Shown here: piece by piece, positions 15,014 through 28,414 of the stretch
Layout: every line of letters starts with the position of its first letter
How positions within the stretch are numbered: the first letter of the stretch is position 1
Assembly: GCA_044892525.1 (NCBI GenBank)
Contig: CM097887.1
Span: 21,576,001-21,640,000 of the forward strand
Source: Schmidtea polychroa
Taxonomy: Eukaryota
DNA: 64,000 nt
Direction of reading: 5' to 3'
Notes under the pieces: model-generated
Database searches by the model: none
Told to the model about the DNA's origin: nothing
The model's input: only the letters and a program-made list of their open reading frames with translations
Made by a program: the position numbers and the translations under genes

Positions 15014-15425
15014 TGTTGGGATATGTTTGTCGAATGAACTAAATCTCGATCCGACTCCTCGTGTTCAGCAATCAAAGGAATAAAACTCAAATTCCAACGA
15101 AATATTTATTTCCAAATTTAGTTTTATTAATACACACTCGTGTTTATTCCTTTTCTCTAAATTACTCATCGATTCGTTCACTGTCTCAATTCCATTCGTT
15201 TCAATTAACAATTTTTCTCTTCGACCCACTCGCATTTCACGTTTGTTGCTCTCTGCTTATATAATATTTTATTTCCCATTAATATTTTCCTAATCGGGTA
15301 ATAAAATTATTGCCTATTATCCTTATTCCCAGTAATCTATCAATCTGACAATTAGCTGGATAACCCCTGGAAACTCGAAAATAAAATTTAGTCCAAAAAT
15401 TAATTTAAATAATAAAAGAATTACA
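15014..15425 (-). mobile_element. Probable LTR fragment related to family A
   Basis: Minus strand ends ACACGAGGAG..CCCAACA like the family A 3' end; no TSD found. Confidence 0.4.
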
Positions 15426-15518
15426 ATTGATATATTTCGCGAGAAAAGGTAGGCATAGTTAACAAATAAAAAGATGAATACTTACATAAAAATTTGAAAT
15501 GAATTGGTTTCCCTAAAC

Positions 15519-15883
15519 CAGTGGTTGTCAATTAATTTAAAAGCACGGAACACCATTCACATGATTTTTTACGCGGAACACTGTCAAAAAACTACTTGCC
15601 CACAATGAGTGACCAATCACAAATTACTATAAATCTGTCGTGAACGTAAACAATGCCTTCTTATAAGTAAAGAAAATACCACGCGCAACAATAACAAGCA
15701 ATAAAAACACTTATATTTGTATGTTTATATATCTGTGTAACGGCTTTCTTATTGAATCATCTTATAAAAAAATTAATTGAGGTTTTTGATGATATGTATC
15801 TTAAATGCAAATTTAAAGATAAAATGTCATTTTTTCGCGGAACACTGTAAGCGTAATCGTGGAACAGGGGTTGAGAACCACTG
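15519..15883. mobile_element. hAT MITE
   Basis: TIR CAGTGGTT(G/C)TCAA; degenerate 8-bp TSD. Confidence 0.75.
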
Positions 15884-18800
15884 CTCAAAACAATGATATT
15901 TAAGAAATACAAACTAATTATTGAGCTTATATAATAAAATTTATTAATTAACAAATTTCTCAAGCTTAACAACAGGCAAGATGGCAAGTAAATTAAAATT
16001 ATTTTATTTCATAAAAAATGTTTTTGACTCCTCGTGGACGGATAATTTAATTTCTAAGTAATTGACTAGGAAAGAGCTCTATAAAACGAGTGAAAATTAT
16101 TATCAAGTTACCATAACGGTTGAAGAAAGAAAGTAGTAAAACAAATAAACGAAAACTGAAAATTCGAATTCAGAAGGTCATTTTCTTTTAGATGCTAAAT
16201 CAAATTTGTTCGGATTGAGGTTCTTATTTTTTCAGGGCCAATCGGAACAGTAGTGAATTTGTGGTACAAATAAAATTTATTGTGTTGAGTTTCTTATTCA
16301 GATAGAGAACACGAGTAGTTGTATCATAACCTCTGTTCTACCGACGAGCAATATTAACCAAACAAATCGTTTTCTTCAATGTTACATAGGAGTAATTTTA
16401 TTAACTCAGTCAAATAAAAATAACATTGAATATTCATTCTCAAAATCAGTCAGACAAGCCGCGAATGCGTCTGTCATCTTTAGTGTGATTCTTTTTTCTA
16501 AAAATAATTTATGAAATTAACTAAATTTAAATTAATAATTTAGTTTTTAATTCTGCTATTGACATGCTTGCGAACCACATTAACATATTCATTTTTAAAA
16601 AATATTTTTGTCCAGCATTTTCATTTCCACCTAAAAATTTTAATTTCAAAATTTTAACTAATTTTTGCACTTCAATTTATTTTCTGAATTTAAATTAATT
16701 TTGGAGTTTTAAAGCATTTAATTTTTATCTGCACTCATCTATCCAAGACCCATCAATAAATGGTTGTTTCCAATTTTTACACGTCCAGGCTATCAATAAT
16801 GAGTACTGGACTCATAATATTTTTTAATCTGGTGCTCACGGACATTCAAAGTCCAAAAATTATCGATTTTAGGTAATTTAAACTTTAGAGGTACTTTATT
16901 ACAGCAAATATTGTGTTTTCCTGAAAGTCCCAAAAATAGTTATTATCCCCTCAATGATAATTGAAATACATAATATCCCATGTAATTGCGCGTAATTAGG
17001 AATTAATTAATTCCACTGGCACACGAAAGGATGGAATTGTTATGACTGAATTCGCTTGCAGAAGTCTAGAGAGTTTAAAAATTATAAAATTAATTACACT
17101 AAACTGAAATTTATTGCAACGAAAAATTCGTTGCTCAAGGCAATAATCCTTTGAAATTTTGTTTCATTCGTCAACAGGAATTCTCCTGACCGATTCAGCG
17201 TTAATTCTCCTTATTTCTAGAATAAACAAAGCAAATTTGTAATAGAAGAAAATATTCTAAATATTTTAATTAAAATTGTTTTTTAAGAAAATATTTGTTT
17301 TAATAATACATCTGTTTGAATTTCATTTTGAAAAAAACGAAAATGTTTACAAATTTTGTTAAAGTTTCAGAGAAAAAATTGTAAATAAATTGTAAATAAA
17401 AAAAATAATTAATTTCAACAAAATATCCCATAAAGCAATAATTCCCCATATCCATGTAGCACAGGTGCAACCCAATCAATATAACCACTACATAGCATGG
17501 AATAATAGATTTTGTTAATGAGAGCCATCAGATCAATAAAATTCTTAAGGATTATCACAGATTTTATTGATATTTTGTCATCCAATGGCAAATACTTTTG
17601 GTAAATATATATATATATATATTAAATATTTACTGAAAGTTCTTTCCAAAATAATCCAATATTTAGCAAATTGTTAAGTTAATTAATATCTGATTCTCGG
17701 TGACCTTGAAATAAATAAATATCAACTTATAATGAAGGTTTGGATCAGGCTGTTGCTGAATATTGCACTTCTCCACGTAACAATCTTCATTAGATTCTTC
17801 TGCAGAGGAAAACTCTACGAAATTATAATCGGAATCGCTTGTCTTGGATTTTGCTATTTTCTTTATAAATAATGTTACAAATTGCAAGTTGAATACCACG
17901 ATTTAAACATAATTGGTGGACCATAAATGTGATTCTCCCAAATTTTTCATAACAGATGCGCCATCGGTTGTTACGGCCAAAACATCACTTAATTAAGTTA
18001 ATTTTAAAACTTTTGCTGAACAATTGCCATAAATTCTGATAAGAACTAGATCATTTCGAATAATGCACATTTATGTTTAAATAACGTCGATGGTTTACGG
18101 TTTTTTTAAATAAACTACACAAAATGAATTTACAATAACAAATGAATAACTCTAAAAAAGCTGTTTTTAAAATATACGCAAAAGCTTCTGTACCTAAGCC
18201 TACTACAGAAAAAAATATTCTATGGTTTATCGTTTTTTAATGTTTTAAAATATGATTCCACTAATCACTATGGAAACATTTGGTAATTTATCTAAAATGA
18301 CAAATTTGAGTAAATTATTTTTTTTAATTCCCGGGTTTTATAATGGTGAAATCCCGGAAATTTCCCGGGATATCCCGGGCAGGACCCACTTACAATCACT
18401 ATCATCAATCAGTTAAAAATTAAATTAACCAAGCTGGTCTTATTTAATATAGGAATCGTGTTGGCATGTTTAATTGTTTATCTATGAATTTTAGCCCCAA
18501 TTGTTTATTCTGAATGCTTCTTTCTTAATATAAAGTAAATCAAATAATTAAACAGCGAATCTTTTCATTCATTTATTGAATTTTGTTTAGAACGACAAAA
18601 AGTTTTATTGATTCATATTCTGACTCCAATCGTGTTCTTGTCTATTAAATTAACGAAATCTCAACACTATAGATTTATTGATACAAAAATTCGCAACACA
18701 AAATATAAAAAAAATTTACAACACAGCGCCTTGCATGCCAAACAGGACGTAAAGGCAATGAAATTCAATGGAATGATTTAACTTTCTTTGTTTCTTATTG

Positions 18801-19635
18801 ATGAACTTTCAATTCTTTCCTTTATTTTTTAAAAACAGCTTCATTTATCTATTAAAAATTATAAAGTATGTTTTTGTTGTTTGATTTCTTGTCACGCTCC
18901 CGTCTATACTCCTCAGTTTTTCATCAATCCAACAATATTTTCTCTAAAGCCCATCCCCAGCTTTGTCATGCAGGAAGCATTTTAGAATTTTGAAATTTAT
19001 ATTTGAACCATATTTTGAAAATAAATCACGAAGCACATTTTTTAATTAATTCAACCTTTATGTATTTCTTCTCTTTGCTGATTTATATGTTCAATTCTTA
19101 TCGTAATATCCATAATTTGTAGGTTAAATTTCAAATCCTCAACATCTTTTAATTTGTTTTTATTTACGAATTCATTGATCTAATGTTGAAAACTCAATGA
19201 AGATAAATGAAATTGCACACAATTTAATAAATTAATTGATATCATACAATGGGTATAGGTACGGTGACCTTACGTCTTTTATTTCGGATGACAGTCCTTT
19301 ATGTAAGGTAGCTGTACTTTGCATTCCACAGCTTAATCACTGAAGGAAAATAACTCTTCTAACAAATGCGATTTTTATTATAGGATTAATTTGTTTATAT
19401 TATAGGATTTTTTCAGTTAACTTTAATGTTTCGAAGTTGTTGTATTAAGTTATCAATAAAGTTTGTTTTAATTTTTCAATAACTCATAATCCTGACAGAA
19501 CCTGTGCTCTTGGAAAGCACCTTATACTCCAAGGTGAAATTTTGTAAATGAATTGTAGATATGTTGATTTTTTAAAGATAGAAATCTGAATAAAATAAAA
19601 AACTTGTTTGTTTAAATTATTATATGACCTTAGAG

Positions 19636-20278
19636 CAGTGTCTGCCAAACCTTTTTCGTTTGCGGCACACTAAATAAAAAATATCGGAAAAATTAAATAT
19701 AACTTATCAATATAAGAAAAAATATACAAATTCTTTAGTGTAGAAATAACAAAAATCATTATATAATTTTATTGAAATATAATGACCATATATAGAAAAT
19801 ACGCAGAGATAATATTATAAATGAGAAGGATGTGATTGATGGTGAGAAAATCTTTTGTCAAAACGCGGCTCCAAATTAGACAAACAAGCATGTAACTCTT
19901 CATCAATCATTTGCAATCTCTCGCATTTTTTTGACTTCATTTCAACATGCGTTGAAAACTTTAATTCACAAGGACAGCTGAGATTTATTGACTGTTATAG
20001 CTGTCGTTTCAGAGGAGTCAACTTTGGGTTCTGATGTTTGTCTTCCATTTTCTTCTTCTGACTTTCCTTCTCATTTTACTGAGATTTAAATAAATATTTA
20101 TCCATTTTAAAACTTTTTAATTAAAATCCGACAAAAATTAATAAATTTATCTTACTTAAAATCAAAGTATGGCTTTATTAAATCAGATATTTAAAAATCA
20201 AAGAGTACCACTCTAGTTTTAATTAACAACTATAATAAGTAATACCAGCACACAAAAGAAACAGTTTGGCAGACACTG
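19636..20278 (-). mobile_element. Internally deleted Buster-type hAT element
   Basis: TIR CAGTGTCTGCCAAAC; TSD CCTTAGAG/CCTTAGTG; residual C-terminus LSNLEPRFDK..HQSHPSH. Confidence 0.88.
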
Positions 20279-23200
20279 CCTTAGTGGTTAATTTCTTTTA
20301 TATATTTTAATCATATTTACACATTTAAAATGTTGGATATCTTTATATTTCAGTGGGATCAAAACTCTGTCTGGGGGTGCGTGTTCTTTTTTCAATAACA
20401 TCATTTTTAATTTTTCGTCATAAACAGAAAGTTCTCAAATATTAACAGTTAATATCAATATATAAACTTTTTGGTTACTTTACCAAGATGCAGCTTTCCT
20501 TCAGAATGAATGATGTTTCACCCTTATTCAAAACTCCAAATCTTCATATTGAAGCACCAAGACTTGCTTTTGTAATTGACCACTATTAAAGCTTTTACGT
20601 GTTTCCTTTACTTTTATACATGGTACTCACGCCTCTCACAACCTTCAATTATGGAAGATTCTCAACATATCTAAACAAAAAAATAAAATATTATATATTA
20701 CATCCGTCGCTTGTGATGCTGCTATCTTGACTGGCAAACCCGGTGATTTTGTTTACCAAAAGCAATGATGACATCGACAGGATTTTAATCAATTAATTAT
20801 ATTTTCCACAATTATTTAAAATAATTGAATTCATTTCCCATAAATATGTCTGTCTACTTTCTACTTTGTGCATTCTTGAAGCTCTTGAAGAGGTTTGGTT
20901 AACAGATATTTCCTTATTAAACAGTTGATAATAATGTTTTCATAGAATTTTGGGATGCTATTTTCTACTGAAAATAATAAAAATAATCATTATTCAAAAA
21001 ATATTTTAGAGTATAATTCACATTTTTTGGGTAAAATTGAAAGAAATAAATTTGTAAAAAATAAAATTTCATTGACGGGGGTCATAATCAATCATTGGGA
21101 AATAGAAAACAAAAGTCAAGTAAGGAATTGAAGATTGACATTCATAGGATTAGTAAGGACTGTTTTATTAACTTGAGTGGTTTCCATAAAGAAATAGGCT
21201 GTAATAAGAATCTCGTCATAACGGTTGACTGAAACCCATAATGTATACTCATGTAAAGAAAGTGAGTTGTGAAAAGATATCAAGTGTCAAGAATGAAGTA
21301 TTTATAAAGATTTTTGTAAATCTAATTCATTTTACATGTAATATTTTATAGGAGATTGACTTGTGAAAATTTGAGTTTGTTTGAATTCGTCGGAAAACCT
21401 AGCATGAAAACCACATCAAGTCAAATCAAAACATATATTCGCATATCAAATAATACAAAGTAAAGTACACAGTACATTGAAGATAATTAAACACATATAA
21501 TTATAATGATAAACGCAATAAATTGTAATCAGTGACATAGTAAAGGATGAAAACGCATTTGGAAAAGAAACGAATAACAAATAAAAAAACGAATTAGTGA
21601 GACCAAAAATTAGGAATGTTCAAAGATAGTATATGCGTATGAAAGACTGTAATCAAATTAATTAGGAAAGTTATGCCTTGTATTTACATATGAAGGAGTT
21701 TTGATAAAGTGTTGAATTTAAATAGACAGAAAAAGAAATAATAATTAAATAATGATTAAGAAAAAATTCATATGGAAATCGCAAAAAAGGACGAAACTAA
21801 ACAACATTAAATCAATAAATAGTCCGTTTATTTAAACCAATCAATTGAATGCGCAATAGCTATCAATTAGTAGAGTGACAACTCATGGGGAATTTGTGTT
21901 GTTGGGGTTAGTTGTCTGTCGATAATTTATCAAATCGATAACTACTATCTAACTCCTACAGTGTTCTATTCTAAACAATATAACTTTATTGAATACCACA
22001 AATGGTTATAACGATTACAATAAAACCAGTTACTCAATGCAACTCAGATGTATTCGAGTACTTATTACAACTCTTCGGTAGGAATATGACTTTGGGAGCA
22101 CTTTAAATTTACGACTACTTAACAGCTGCTAGTATCTGACTTCAAACAATTGATTCTTTTCTTTTCCTGCCTTGACTTAGAACTTCAAAAATTTATGGTT
22201 ATTAATTCGATTATCTCTGGCTTATTGATTTGACAATTATATTCATTTTTCTGTTTCTCTTTGGCTGTTTCGTTTTATCTTTTTAAAATACGGTTTCAAT
22301 TTCACCTTTTCTCTTTTTGAATTCTCAATATTACGTCTTCTATAATCTCTCTAATTTTGCTTCTCTAATAAATTTTCTTATCTCTTTTGCAATTAGTGTC
22401 TTTCTTAAATATCTTGCCATTTATAGATCATCGTGTTTTCAAGCATATTTCTTTGGACATTATTTATTCCCGAATTATATTTGACATTTGACAAGATATA
22501 TACTTTTATTTCGTTTTCTCCTTTTTATTTTTTCGATTGTTCTAGTGATTTATTCATTATTTCGTGTAAATTCTTAAGATTTTCATTCTCAAGTTGTTTT
22601 CATTTTCATTTGCACTTATTAATTAAAAATGACCTCGTCACGATTCATTATTTGATTTCATTGATTTTTTGCTATCTTTTTCGTTTTCCAATTTCTTTAC
22701 TTCATTCATTTTTTCCCCGAATTTGAGAGCATGCCATCGTTTATTGTAGCCATTTTCCTAGGATCATTTTTATTCATTTTGGAACATTATTAAATTTTTT
22801 GTTATTCCGGTATTATCAAAAGTGTACTAAAATTAAAATAATTTTAGAAAAAATTAATTTGATTTAATTTAAAATAAAATAAAATGACTAAAACAGACAG
22901 TACTGGAGTAAGTTTTGAGGTGCCAGTCTAAAATTGGACGACTTATTGTCACCCTGATTTCATAGTGGTAGAGAATAATTGGAATATATGCAGACAAAAA
23001 TTCATTATTGAACATTACCCTCATTTTTAGCGCTAATATTACGGTATTTCTAGTAGATAGTTAACTTACCCAAGTTCCAAATATGAGGATGAATCAGCCT
23101 TGGGACATAAATGACTAGGCGACTGACTCGTTTGAGGATTACCCTCTAGGTCGGAATTATCCGCTGATCTTGAGCGTAAGTCTTGGACGTTTTGATGATC

Positions 23201-23499
23201 TTAGCTGGCTTTCTAAGACTGGAGTCACGAACTGACCCAGATAAAGTTAAAAGCAGCAAAATAAAGTTAGGAATTTTGGCTGATAATTGGAAATATACAG
23301 AAATAGAAATATTGAGTAAATGTTCTGATAAATAAACAACTGGGCGATTTTAAAAAAATTCTAAGATCCAAATTATTCAAATTAATTTGGAATTACAGGG
23401 TGAAAAGGTTAATACCAAAAATGCCATTTAGTAGATATCCTAAGTAATTATGAAAGCGGAAACTTATTACTTCCACAAGACGAATCTAATTCAGATTTT

Positions 23500-23800
23500 T
23501 TTGTTAATGAGGGACTCCAATATTTTTCTTATACTTAGCTCAATGAAATGGTTAGAGATTTAGGAGTATCAAAAGATGCTGCAAGTATCTGGGTCAGGAC
23601 TAAAAATAAAAACTTGATGTTACGTAGAATTACATTTTCGTGGTACTGACACCGTAAGAGAGGATTCGCTACATTTTTCTCCAAAATGGGAAATCTCATT
23701 TTTCGTAGTGATGCGTAAAGGGTAGTAAAGAGTTTTGAAATAGAATATAATTAATCTAAATGACACCTATTCTTTGATTCGTCAAAAACAAGCCTTTATC
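23500..23800 (+). pseudogene. DNA transposase remnant, Chapaev3-like
   Basis: Broken frame reads LNEMVRDLGVSKDAA..KNKNL..LFFDSSKTSL, like the LNDLVRDL..RLFIDSS motif; family name is from memory. Confidence 0.55.
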
Positions 23801-24209
23801 GATCTCGCTGCAGCTCGTTAACTTACTGCAAAAAGATAGGGAATATTTCAGATATTTGTGTTCCAATTTCCTAAAACTTTCTGAAGCCAATTTGAAAAAG
23901 AAGGTTTTTACTGGCCTTGACACAAAAAATTTGTTATTCGATCTTCTCTTTTCAGAAACAATGGTAGAAAAAGAAAATAAAGTGTGGGAATCTTTCAAAG
24001 GACTTACCTCAATAAGAGTGAACAGGAAAAGGTGACAATCAAAAAGGCTACATCAAAAGACAGAATATAATTGCTATTATAATTAATATTATATTAATGA
24101 TAACGAAAATTGAATAGACTTCGAATGAATATGCAATAAAAAGAAAATATATGGCAAATATTCACAATAAAAATTTGTTAAATTCTGAATGAAAGAAATT
24201 AAAGGACCC

Positions 24210-25065
24210 CAAACTAAACCCTAACCCCAACCACTTACCCATAACCAATAACAAATAAACCCTAAACACTAACCACCAACCAATAACCAATAAATCCTAA
24301 CCACGAACCACGAACAACCAACTACCAACCCATAACCCATAACCATTAACAACAAAACCCTTATCACCAACTAACAACCAATAAACCCTAACCACAAATC
24401 ACCAACGACCAACCAATAATCTATAAACCCTAACGACCAACCACCAACCACTAACCACTAACCACCAACCACCAACCAATAAACTCTAAACACTAACCAC
24501 CAACCAATAACCAATAAACTCTAACAACGAACCATTAACCACCAACTACCAACCCATAACCATAACCCATAACCATTAACAAATAAACCTTAACCACCAA
24601 CAACCAACCCATAACTAATAACCATTAACAACTAAACCTTAATTACCAACTAACAACCAATAACCAATAAATCCTAACCACGAACCACGAACAACCAACT
24701 ACCAACCCATAACCATTAACAACAAAACCCTTATCACCAACTAACAACCAATAACCAATAAACCCTAACCACAAATCACCAACGACCAACCAATAATCTA
24801 TAAACCCTAACGACCAACCACCAACCACTAACCACCAATCAATAAACACTAACCACCAACCACCAACCACCAACCACCAACCACTAACCACCAACCACCA
24901 ACCACCAACCACCAACCACCAACCACCAACCACCAACCACCAACCACCAACCACCAACCACCAATCACCAACTACTAACCACCAACCACCAACCCATAAG
25001 CCATAACGAATTACCAATAAACCCTAACCACAAATCACCAACCCTCCAACTAATAACCTATAAAC
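24210..25065. repeat. C/A-rich heptamer minisatellite (CCAACCA variants) with a ~377-bp higher-order duplication
   Basis: (CCAACCA)n core at 24850-24965; block 24281-24460 recurs at 24658-24833. Confidence 0.92.
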
Positions 25066-26257
25066 CTTAACCCCTGAAATAGAGATAATTTATAGATTCA
25101 GTCAATTAAGCATAATATTTATAAAAAACATCTCATGCAGCTGAAAAATATTTTTTTTCCACACCTGATTTATTTTCTATCTTTTTATAATAATCATGTC
25201 GACTTGACCTTAATTCTTTCGCGTGTTATATTTACCTTCTATACTTGTTTGTAAATACCATTAGTAACAATTCTCGATTTTTATTATTCAAACTTTTCTC
25301 TGATCTGGCAGACCTTTAATATACTTGCTATTAATTCCTGTGTTGGAATGTGTATCTTTTTATGTTAAAGCATTTTAATTATACATGTTTACCTTGTGGT
25401 TGTCTTTACTTTGATTTATTTAATACCTTATCGTTTATTTTGAATTAACCGGTGGTGCACAATTTCTATATTTTTCAGAACTCACTTATTATGCAAAAAC
25501 TCGGAGAATTACTCGGTTGTAAACCAACAGATGCCCAAATGCAGTTTGATTTACTTATGGTGATAATCAGTCGAAAGAAGTCCGAGAGAGGCTAGGAGGC
25601 ATGAAGTAGAATCGATACCGGAGTTTGCACAAATGAAATCCTAAGAGTGCACATAACCAGTGTAGACGAATGAGAAAGACGCCAAGAGATTCGCGAAGAA
25701 CATTTCAATCAACAAGAGAAACAAAGCAAATGAACTAAATCGCGAGACACGGAATTCCGAGGAGTGATCAGTGGACTGAGAGCAAGAACAGTAGTACAGA
25801 ATTAATATATTTCATAAGTAACTTGATAAAATTCATGATAGGTTTTTGATAAACATTTTACATAATAATGATTTTAGATCCAGGAATTCACATGAATATT
25901 TTTTAATTTAAATTCAGTTTTCCTTGCTTATATTTTAGAAATTAATTGGGATGAGAATATTTTCGCGGAACGGAAAGCCTGATTACAAGGAATCGGTGGA
26001 TTTGCAACAGTTCAAATTTAGGAGGAGTTCCAAAAAAATAAATATTTTTCTTTTTTCTAAATTTCTAAAAAATTAAATTATTGAATTTTAAATTGTGATC
26101 TTCTTAGTATAGTTGTCCGTATATTACATAGACTTTTGCAAAGAAATTTTTTTCAGGTGACAGCACTTTTAATAAAATAAGTAAGGATGAAAAATAGACT
26201 TAATTTCTTTTATTATATATGTTAAGTTATAAAATAATTAAAAATAAAAATTATATT

Positions 26258-27209
26258 TGTAATGAGAGGCGCAAGATTGGCCAAGAAGAGAAGTGACAAT
26301 ACGAAGAAATAAAATGGGTAGAAAGGCTCTAGAAGGTGCATCAGTACATGGGAAAATCACAAAAAAGGTGAATTGAGGAAAATCGATAAAAGATTCATAA
26401 ATTCAAATTAAAGTCTAAAAAACTGGTAATGGAGGGAAAGGTGGCGAGGAATAACATGGTGATAACGGATTTTTCAAAATGTGCTGGGAAGAGTGTGAAA
26501 AGGTGTATAAAAGATGAAAAACAAGAAAATGAAATTAATTAATTAATTTGTTAGTAGAAAGCAATCCCAAGTTGGGTAAACAAAGAGAAAAATAAACAGA
26601 ATGAAAATTTAGGCCCATTATTTTGTCACAATGACTAATGGGAGAGGAAGAAGAAAAATATAGTGTGTGCAGAAAGGCACGGGTTGGCCATTAATTATCT
26701 AAGTTCGTCGGACCATTCTGGGTGACAGCCGAATCAGATATGGAGAGTCGAATGTCAGGAGAGGAGATTGGCTCTGCAATAACCATTTGTCATCCTGATT
26801 TCAAAGAGTATATAAGGAATGGGAAAATCAGAGCAAATCGGCATTCTGTCTCAGCCAAGGACGCGAAGAAACCGAGCTTTGGACAATCCGGTAGTTAAGG
26901 AAACGAACGGATAGAGTTAAACGATGTTCGAGACGTGAAAAGAAAATTGAATTGGAAGCGAACCAGATCAAATAGTAAAATTTCGATTAAAAGGAAGTTA
27001 GTGGACAAAAGGTGAATATTGATAAAGATTTTGACGAAGCATCAGCGCCGACCGGAGAACCGATTAAACTTGTAAATCGCTGTCTTTGATTGTATCTTTG
27101 GATTTTAAGAGATTTTTGTGATTCAAATATACGTTGGGTAGTTTATTATCTTGTTATTTACGATTAAAGGGATACATAAGTTACTGATTTGAATTAATAA
27201 AACCGAACA
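26258..27209 (+). mobile_element. Solo LTR, family A, second diverged copy
   Basis: TGT..ACA ends; shares GACAGCCGAA..ATAACCATTTGTCATCC..GAGTATATAAGG..GAGCAAATCGGCATT with 13244-13375. Confidence 0.72.
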
Positions 27210-28250
27210 TATATAACCATTAAAACAAAAGTATATTGAATAATTAGAATTTATAGCCATTTTATATTTCTATTAAAGATCATAGTAACATTGCCATCTG
27301 CGCTTTTATTTTACATTTTAACCAATTAGTCACAGTAGATCCGATGGAGAAACTTGGTCAGGTTGTAGTGCATTGAAAGCGGCTTGTTAAGCCAAAAGGG
27401 TGAATCGCTAGTTCGGAAATGAAGAAAAATTGAAGTAACATAGTTCCAACCGTAACATGTGCGCATGTTCAATCAAAAGATTGAATCAACAGAGAAAGCT
27501 CGGGCCGAAAACCTGAAAATCATTTAGTATTTCAAAGTCATGATCTGGGGCTAGTCGCTTAAGATTATTGAACTTCGCGCCGGAATTCGTAACCACGCCG
27601 AAGTAGGACGAGTTCTGACATCTGGAAAACTGAGCTTCTTTCAGCTATAGCAGCTCTGATTTTGAGCATCACAGCAGCTGCTCCAGCACCTAAGAAGCCC
27701 TGTAAGTTCAGGCCCGGGATGTTTTAACGAAACCTAATCTTAGATAATTCGACAGAAAACACCAATCACATAATTTCGTATCTTCCAAAAACCCTTTGTA
27801 ATTCGTTTTAAGTGAATGTTCTTAACATAGAAGTCTGAGGTAGATTGCGACGACTAGGAGATTGAGTAAGTAATAAAATGATGAAGGGACACAAATAAGG
27901 GACACTACACCTTTTACGGTAACCTATGAATTCAGATGTTCCTCAGCTCATTAGCAATCTTTATGGTAGAGTTCACCATTTACTGAAAACCTCTAGGTAA
28001 ATCGCAGTACCAACGTAGCTTCGACGGGCATTTAAAGGCCGATTAAAATTATTATGGGCGGTTGCGAGGGAACGCGAATATAGTGAGAATGTTGATCGGT
28101 TAAGAATCTAGAAGTGAAAGATTTACTCCCCACACAAAACACCACATTAAATAAATCATCGAAATGTCAGTTTTAACAAGACAATATATATGTAATTACA
28201 GAAACATTCGTGTTATGTGTTTGGTGTTAAATTAAATTTACCATATGAAT

Positions 28251-28403
28251 AGTTAAATCCATCTTTAGATCCATCTTTAAATTTGCAACAAAAATCTTCA
28301 AACTAATAATATATATTTAATCCAAGAATTTCTAAATAACAAGTTTTAATTAATTCACAAAATCTGCCAAATCCAAATTATTTAAACAAACAGATATCTA
28401 ACT
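28251..28403 (-). repeat. 3' LTR of the Gypsy element
   Basis: Identical copy; preceded on the minus strand by polypurine tract AAGAAGGGGAG. Confidence 0.95.
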
Positions 28404-28414
28404 CTCCCCTTCTT
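28404..28414 (-). promoter_or_regulatory. Polypurine tract
   Basis: AAGAAGGGGAG directly abuts the 3' LTR and overlaps the integrase stop. Confidence 0.85.

Noticed and set aside
18400-19250. Possible decayed non-LTR retrotransposon
   Set aside because: Only vague motif hints; no frame long enough to support a call.
24643-25017. 124-aa WWLVVGG-repeat ORF
   Set aside because: It is a translation of the heptamer minisatellite.
24210-25065. True telomere
   Set aside because: It is interstitial, and CCCTAA units are scattered rather than tandem.
27560-27720. GFLGAG fusion-peptide-like motif suggesting an env gene
   Set aside because: The open stretch is only about 52 codons, lies outside the LTRs, and has no signal or transmembrane architecture.
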